A stretch of 64,000 nucleotides of DNA from the NCBI GenBank assembly GCA_951406725.2, contig OX597831.1:44268001-44332000 (forward strand), in the 5' to 3' direction. The DNA is from Octopus vulgaris (Eukaryota). The position numbers and the translations under genes were made by a program. How positions within the stretch are numbered: the first letter of the stretch is position 1; every line of letters starts with the position of its first letter. Under the pieces are notes generated by a model. It was not told where the DNA came from and did no database searches. It saw only the letters and a program-made list of their open reading frames with translations. Shown here piece after piece: positions 56,528 to 64,000 of the stretch.

Positions 56528-56847
56528 TATATACTGTATATATACTTATGTATGTATGTATGTATGTATGTATGTATGTATGTATTATTTTATTCTTGTA
56601 CTTGTTTCAGTTATTTGACAGTTACCTTGCTGGAGCACCTCCTTAAAGTGTTTTAATTGAACAAATCGACCCCAGGACTTATTTTTTAAAACCTAGTATT
56701 TATTCTATCAGTCCCTTATGCCGAACCGCTAAGTTACGGGTGTCATAAACACATGAACACGGATGTAGTCAAGCGGAGATGGGGAGCCAAACTCAAACAC
56801 AAAAGCACACACACCCACACACGTATACATACATACACACACACTCA

Positions 56848-56931
<84 letters not shown>

Positions 56932-57400
56932 CGACGAGCTTCTTTCAGTTTCCGTCCACCAAATCCACTCACAAGACCTTAGTTAAGGTACGTGGCTCAG
57001 TTGCCAGGGTATTTGGCTCATGATAGTAAGGTTCTGAGTTCAATTCCCAGCGATGCATTGTGTCCGTGAGCGTGACACTTCACTTCACATTACACCAGTC
57101 CACTCAGCTGGCAAAGTGAGTACCTGTATTTCAAAGGACCCAGCCTTGTCACATTCTGTGATTCTGTGTCACGCTGAATGTCTCTGAGAACTACGTTAAG
57201 GGTACGTGTGTCTGTGGAGTGCTCAGCCACTTGCACGTTAGTTTCACGAGCAGGCCGTTCTGTTGATCGTGTCAACTGGAACCCTCGTCAGAGTGTCAGT
57301 TTGGTTTAGATATTTATAACTTTCTCCTTCTTTCAGTGATTTTAATGTCTGATGATCTGGTAATTGAATGCCTTCACTGTTAACTATCTGTCCCTTTTTT

Positions 57401-57997
57401 ATACCTATTTTTGTTTCTTTATTGCCAACAGGGGGCTAAACACAGAGAGGAAAAATGAAGGGATTAAGTCAATTACATCGACTCCAGTGCGTAACTAGTA
57501 CTTATTTAATCGAACCCGAAAGGATGAAAGGGAAAGTCGACCTCGGAGAAATGTGAACTCAGAATGTACCGGTAGACGAAATACCTATTTCTTTACTACC
57601 CACAAGGGGCTAAATACAGAGAGGACAAACAAGGACAGACAAACGGATTAAATCGATTATATCGACCCCAGTGCGTAACTAGTACTTATTTAATCGACCC
57701 CGAAAGGATGAAAGGCAAAGTCGACCTCGGCGGAATTTGATCTCAGAACGTAGCGGCAGACGAAGTACCTATTTCTTTACTACCCACAAGGGGCTAAACA
57801 CGGAGGGGACAAACAAGGACAGACAAACGGATTAAGTCGATTATATCGACCCCAGTGCGTAACTGGTACTTATTTAATCGACCCCGAAAGGATGAAAGGC
57901 AAAGTCGATCCCGGCGGAATTTTAACTCAGAACGTAGTGACAGACGAAATACCGCTAAGCATTTCGCCCGGCGTGCTAGCGATTCTACCAGCTCGCC
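57401..57997 (-). mobile_element. SINE family B, one head plus three tandem bodies
   Basis: ~185-bp units joined at TACCTATTT (about 57402, 57582 and 57767), with a single head at the right end. Confidence 0.85.
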
Positions 57998-58812
57998 ACC
58001 ATTTTTTATGCCTAATATTGCACACAAAGAATAAGTCCTTGGGTCGATTTGTTCGGCTAACAAGCGGTTCTCCAGCATGACCACAGTCAAACTGAGTGAA
58101 ACAAATATAAGAATACAAGAATACTTGTCCTATACCAAATTCTAGACTTGTAACTTTGCTGAAGAGTCTTACAGTTTGTATCAAGGAATCTATTTTTTTT
58201 TTTTTATTCTTACTAAAAACTTCAAATCATCCATGAAGAGCAAGTGGTTAATTTTTCCTTTACTATCACTAAACTAATACCCAGCTTTTGCTTTTCTTAT
58301 TACTAAACTGAGGAGGGTTAAACATAACACAAATATTAGAAGGGATAACGAGTCTCCCTGGAAAATTCCCCTCTTGATATTAACTTTCCCTAAAGTTGTG
58401 TCACCTGAGTAGAGATCTACTTTTCATTATTAATGCAAAAGCTAATTAATTATCTTATGTTGTCTGCAATACTGAATATACTCAAGCATTCCCTTATCCA
58501 TGAGTGTGGAAGCATTTCATAGGCTTTATTATAATTTATCCATGCTATTGCTGAGATTTTCTTTCTAGAATTCACTTCTTGGAGAACTGTTGATTTTATT
58601 TTGCACTTTATGGACAAGAACGCTGTTAGTTGCAGGTTGAAATGGTTCAGTCCACAAAATTTATAACGTCAAAAGCGACAAGGAAGCATCTAAGTAACTT
58701 GGACGAAACAAATACTACCAAGGTATTTTGTTCGAGAGCTCAATTTTATCGCTTTTCACGCCGATGTTCATATCGTTCGGCATTATACATCAGTGGAATG
58801 CATCCACTGGCA

Positions 58813-58845
<33 letters not shown>

Positions 58846-59068
58846 TCATACATACATACATACATACATACATACATACATACATACATACATGCATACA
58901 TACATACATACATACATACATACATGCATACATACATACATACGTACATACATAAATACATACATGCATACATACATACATACATACATACATACATACA
59001 TACATACATACATACATACATACATACATACATACATACATACATACATGCAAACATACATACATACA

Positions 59069-59522
59069 AGTGGAATATACCAGTGAAGACTTCAATAAAA
59101 TGTAAGCACAACAGGCCTGATATAATGATTTGGGATAGAGAAGAGAAACTGTGCACAGTTGTGGAAATTAGCTGCCCAGCGGATGTTAACATAAAACTGA
59201 AGATCAGTGAAAAAGAGAATACCTATTCTGAACTATTGAGAAATCTGCAATTACTATATCCAGATTACATGTTCAGGTTTATACCTGTAATTATTGGGGT
59301 CCTGGGATATATAACACACTGCCTAAATACCAATCTTGAGAAATTAGGCTTCTCAAAACCAGGAAGGAGAAAGCTAATTCGAAGAGCACAGATCCAATCC
59401 ATCCCTGGAACTGTAAAAATCTGTAAAACTTTCCAGAAGTTTATCATTTAAATATATATGAGCATGTCTAGATATGCAACTATATGCATGAGAATACATA
59501 CATAAAACACGCAAATCTGCAC
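59069..59522 (+). mobile_element. R4-like RLE retrotransposon 3' fragment in (CATA)n
   Basis: WNIPVKT...HNRPDIMIWD...VVEISCP...EKENTY (PD-D/E-K type RLE), stop at 59449-59451, with (CATA)n on both sides. Confidence 0.85.
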
Positions 59523-59979
59523 ATACATACATACATACATACATATATACATGTATGTGTATATATATATATACTGTTGTTTGTTCCTTCTCAAGCTATG
59601 CCTGGCTCATAAGCGCCGGTTTCCCGGTTTCATTGGCGTATAAGTTCTCCGCCGCAGGTGAGCTGCTAGATGCAGGAGGAAAGAGTGAGAGAAAGTTGTG
59701 GTGAAAGAGTCAGCAGAAGTCCGCCATTACCTTCTGCCGGAGCTAAGCAGTTAGAGTGGTTTTACTGATGATCGTAAGATTGTGGTGTCGATTCCTTGAT
59801 GGGGCGATGCGTTGCGTTCTTGAGCAAAGCACTTCATTTCATGCTGTTTTAGTCCATTCAGCTAGCAAAAGAGAGTAATCCTGCGACGGACCGGCGTCCC
59901 ATCCAGGTGGGGTGGGATATATATACGCCGCAGAAACCGGGAAACTAATCCTAGGAGTTCTATATGACTAGAGAACGAG

Positions 59980-60064
<85 letters not shown>

Positions 60065-60131
60065 GACTCTACACACTGTCTCTCTCTCCTACATTTCTCT
60101 GCCTTTCACACTTTGCACTCTACTTTGATCT

Positions 60132-60194
<63 letters not shown>

Positions 60195-60872
60195 CTCCTA
60201 CTTTTCTCTTTTCTTGCCTCTGATTGTTTGGTCTACTCTTCCCCCCACTCTCTCACAATTCTCTGTCTTTCTCACTTTGCACTCACTAGCCCTCCTTGGC
60301 ACGCATTCTTTCTTCTCCCCTCTTTAATTCCTTCTTTCTCTCTCTTCTTCCCCCCTTTGTTGCCTTCGTCCCTCTTTCTCTCTCTCTTTGTTTCCTTTGC
60401 CCCCTTTCTTTTTTCTCTCTTCTCTCACGTGACCGCTGGTCAAAATCAGCCTTTTGGCCTCCGACCACTGCCGTGAGAACATCTGTTGTCTTCGTCTGCC
60501 GATAAAGGCATTTTCTCCAAATACGCCAGCTAAACTTGTTGTACTGTTTATTAGTCGTTAGACACCCGCTGTTTTTTGTCCTGTTTTTACCATTATTGTT
60601 TTTTGTATTTTATATTCGTGTGGCATCGTCCGTTTTTCTGTCCATGTTTCGCATACATTCAATCCTTCTTCCAAGAAATCTAATGCTCGTAGCTTAGTTT
60701 TTCCTTGGGGCTGGCCGGATCGGAGCGATCTCAAGGTTAATCAGCCGAAATTTGCTAGGATGATCCGGTTCTTGACTGAAGATTGAAGGCTTCGAATGTC
60801 CCGTTCGTGTTTTTTGTATCGTCTTCTAAATGTTTTACGTTCTTGTCCCAGTTTGTATTTTTCTACATATAA

Positions 60873-60926
<54 letters not shown>

Positions 60927-61013
60927 TATTAACTAAAAGGAAAAATTCAGTTGTCACTAGTTGTGACAGAAGGGTGTCAGGCGCTACGCGGTACCCACAG
61001 TCACAATATAGAT

Positions 61014-61186
61014 AGGCGTAGGAGTGGCTGTGTAATAAGTAGCTTGCTTACCAACCACATGGTTCCGGGTTCAGTCCCACTGCGTGGCACCTTGGGCAAG
61101 TGTCTTCTACTAAAGCCTCGGGCCGACAAAAGCATTGTGAGTGGATTTGGTAGACGGAAACTGAAAGAAGCCCGTCGTATATATGC

Positions 61187-61257
<71 letters not shown>

Positions 61258-61465
61258 TGTGTCTGTGTTTGCCCCCCACCCCCAATATCACTTGAAACCG
61301 ATGGTGGTGTGTTTACGTCCCCGTAACTTAGCGGTTCGGCAAAAGAGAATGATAGAATAAGTACTAGACTTACAAAGAATAAGTCCTGGGGTCGATTTTC
61401 TCGACTAAAGGTGGTGCTCCAGCATGGCCACAGTCAAGTGACTGAAACAAGTAAAAGAGTAAAAG
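61014..61465 (+). mobile_element. SINE family A
   Basis: Full-length copy. Confidence 0.85.
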
Positions 61466-61506
61466 AGATACATATAGAAAGAATTATAACTAAACATAAC
61501 AAACGC

Positions 61507-61564
<58 letters not shown>

Positions 61565-61584
61565 GCGTTTGTTATGTTCAGTTA

Positions 61585-61970
61585 TAATCCTTTCTTCTAT
61601 AGGCACAAGGCCTGAAATTTCGTGGGTGCATATAATTCGATTACCAGTGCGTAACTGGTACTTATTTCATCGATCATGAAGGGATGAAAGGCAAAATCGA
61701 CCTCAGCGGAATTTGAACTCGGAACGTAAAGACAGATGAAATACCTATTTCTTTGCTACCCACAAGGGGCTATGCACAGAAGAGACAAACAAGGACAGAC
61801 AAACGGATTAATTCGATTATATCGACCCCAGTGCATAACTGGTACTTTTTTTTAATCGGCACCAAAAGGATGAAAGACATAGTTGACCTCGGCGGTATTT
61901 GAACTCAGAACGTAGCAGCAGATGAAATACCACTAAGTATTTTGCCCGGCGTGCTAACGTTTCTGCCATC
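61585..61970 (-). mobile_element. SINE family B dimer
   Basis: Head plus two bodies, with the same GAAATACCTATTTC junction. Confidence 0.8.
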
Positions 61971-62426
61971 TCAGCGCATTTTGTTCGGTTATTAATTTTT
62001 TCTTTTAAATAGCAAAAATAAAACACCAATCTTACATTAATCTGATGCTTTACATTTGTACTTTTACAAAGTACAAGTTTATCGTTCTTGTATACAAGAA
62101 CGTTGTTGATAATCACTTCGAAATTTTGACTAGCTAAGCCATCATCAGATATATATATATATATATATAAAATTGAATAAGCATAGAAATTGATATTAAT
62201 CAATTAAAACCAGTGTCCTAGCATATTAAAAAAATCCGAAGATTAAAATATTTTTACATACAATATTTAAAGGACTGACCACTAAAAGTGGACGGTCAAC
62301 ATGCTAGATATAGACGTCAAAATCGCTATTTTCCTCGAAGAATGTGTTCTCAAATAAAAACTCAGCACAAACCAAAGTGTAAAAATAAGCAAGACAAATG
62401 AAAATGTACGAAATAATAACGATTAC

Positions 62427-62501
62427 CTATTTACCGATCAGTTTCGCTCGTTAATATCCACGCATATGGATACGTGGAAATCTGCAAGCTCATCAGCATA
62501 G
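62427..62501 (-). ncRNA. possible type I hammerhead ribozyme
   Basis: Minus strand CTATG-CTGATGA-GCTTG...(hairpin TCCACG/CGTGGA)...CGAGC-GAAA-CTGATCGG-TA-AATAG. Canonical core; one mismatch at the base of helix I. Confidence 0.55.
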
Positions 62502-63029
62502 TCTGTCGTATACAAATATAATTTCCAGGAAATTATATTTGTATACGACTTTATATTTATATAGTTAAAATGGTGGCACAGAAGGACGACAAAGGAATTT
62601 ACAGAGAACACATTAAAAAATAAGACAAAGCAGGTGCAGACAAGTTCCGGTCCTCATCAACTAATATTATTCAGTTTGATGGTGTTCGCAACCTAAGCTG
62701 TCATGTTTCTAAATTGTTTCTGTTTTCCAAATTATACTCACAGACCGGGTATTGATCAGTCTAGGCTGTGAAAGAAAACACCTTCCTATAATCCTTTCTA
62801 TTATAGGCATAAGGCCTGAAATTTGGGGGAGGGGGATAGACAATTATATCGACCCAAGTGCTCAATTGGTACTAAGTTTATCGACCCCGAAAGGATGAAT
62901 GGCAAAGTCGATCTCAGCGGAATTTGAAATACCCTCCTATAATGCTGTGCAATGAGATCGAACTGGAGTCCACGTAGTTATGGAGCGAACTTTTAACCAC
63001 ACATCCGTTCTTTGATTTGAACATCCGTT

Positions 63030-63173
63030 CTGTTGATGAACAAATCGACCCCAGGACTTATTCTTTGTAAGCCTAGTACTTATTCTATCGGTCTCTTTTG
63101 CCGAACCGCTAAGTTACGGGGACGTAAACACACTACCATCGGTTTCAAGCGATGTCGGTGGGGACAGACACAG

Positions 63174-63206
<33 letters not shown>

Positions 63207-63344
63207 CGACGAGCTTCTTTCAAGGCTTTAGTCGGCCCGAGACTATAGTAGAAGACACTTGCCCAAGGTGCCACGCAGTGGGAATGAACCCGGAACTATG
63301 TGGTTGGTAAGCAAGCTACTTACCACGCAGCCACTCCTACGCCT
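63030..63344 (-). mobile_element. SINE family A (internally deleted)
   Basis: Reverse-complement head at about 63270-63344. Confidence 0.8.
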
Positions 63345-63488
63345 TAAATAAATTGTATGTTAATTATTTATGTATTTCTCATTATATTAATTATAAAACC
63401 AAAGTGAGATCAATCTGAAGCAGCGAGATGAATCTGAGGCAACGATATCTAGGGCGGCAAAATCAATCTGGGGTAGCGAGAAATACAA

Positions 63489-63765
63489 GGAGAGCAGCAC
63501 TTCCCTTTCTACCCTCACTTACCTTTTCATGTAGAACTTGAAAAATTTGATGAGAGTTTGGTCGAAGAGGAAAGTATGTATCTCCAGTACTTACAACCAC
63601 GTCCACCGCACTACTTCTTTCACTATAACCACTAAACAGAGGAAAATTGTCTTCCCTTCCTTTAGGGCAGGGCCGTTCACTTCGATTTCCGAGATGTCCG
63701 ACACTATTACGGTGACGTTGTCCTCATAAGCCGACACGAACTTTCTGCATCCTAATTCTCACGAG
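63489..63765 (-). pseudogene. Tx1-like ORF2 remnant with an internal deletion
   Basis: RELGCRKFVSAYEDNVTVIVS...LKE is joined directly to GKTIFLCLV...VKEVVRWT...TLIKFFKFYMKR*VRVEREVL. Both parts align to the intact ORF2. Confidence 0.8.
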
Positions 63766-64000
63766 ATACTTATCAGAACATCCATGGTTTAGTAGAATAG
63801 TCATCAACAGAATGGAGGCAACAGAGAAAGCAAGGAGATGACTTTGACCAAAAAGTGAAAGTGACGTTAAATGGAATCAGATGAATGGTACTTGTATACA
63901 AGAAAAGTTTTGATCAATTTTAGTCGAGTCACCTATACTGCAAGACCCGGAAACACCCAGTGATTCAAGATTAATGTACGAAGAACTTTAACCGATTTTT

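Noticed and set aside
58630-59451. 273-aa ORF as a single protein
   Set aside because: It is a chance in-frame fusion of unique DNA, (CATA)n and a LINE RLE fragment.
60770-60805. Hammerhead-like CTGAAGA...CGAATGTC (similar cases at about 9850-9950 and 27265-27300)
   Set aside because: No intact GAAA and no consistent helices; at best decayed PLE-type repeats.

Overview
AT-rich, microsatellite-saturated, repeat-dominated eukaryotic DNA with no host gene that I can recognise. The style of the tRNA-SINEs and the 5S sequence suggests a mollusc, probably an octopus (inference). Nearly all ORFs in the track are microsatellite or SINE translations. The only intact coding sequence is a Tx1/L1-clade non-LTR retrotransposon ORF2 (43099-46536; APE endonuclease, RT, CCHC) inside a (TATC)n array. 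Four signals stand out. (1) A 363-bp tandem-plus-inverted array (23501-25190) in which every full unit folds into a type I hammerhead ribozyme with a U3-A8 core on a long rod-like stem, a retrozyme/Penelope-like candidate; further hammerhead-like motifs occur elsewhere. (2) Several non-LTR families each tied to one microsatellite: Tx1-like at TATC, a sister Tx1 family at ATT, Dong/R4-like at TAA, and an R4-like RLE family at CATA. (3) An abundant tRNA-SINE whose 3' tail matches the Tx1 3' end. (4) A 5'-truncated 5S rRNA copy abutting a SINE. The rest is mariner, Helitron, hAT, Tc1/pogo MITE, RTE, CR1-like and Penelope debris, plus a 100-N gap. All alignments and folds were done by eye.
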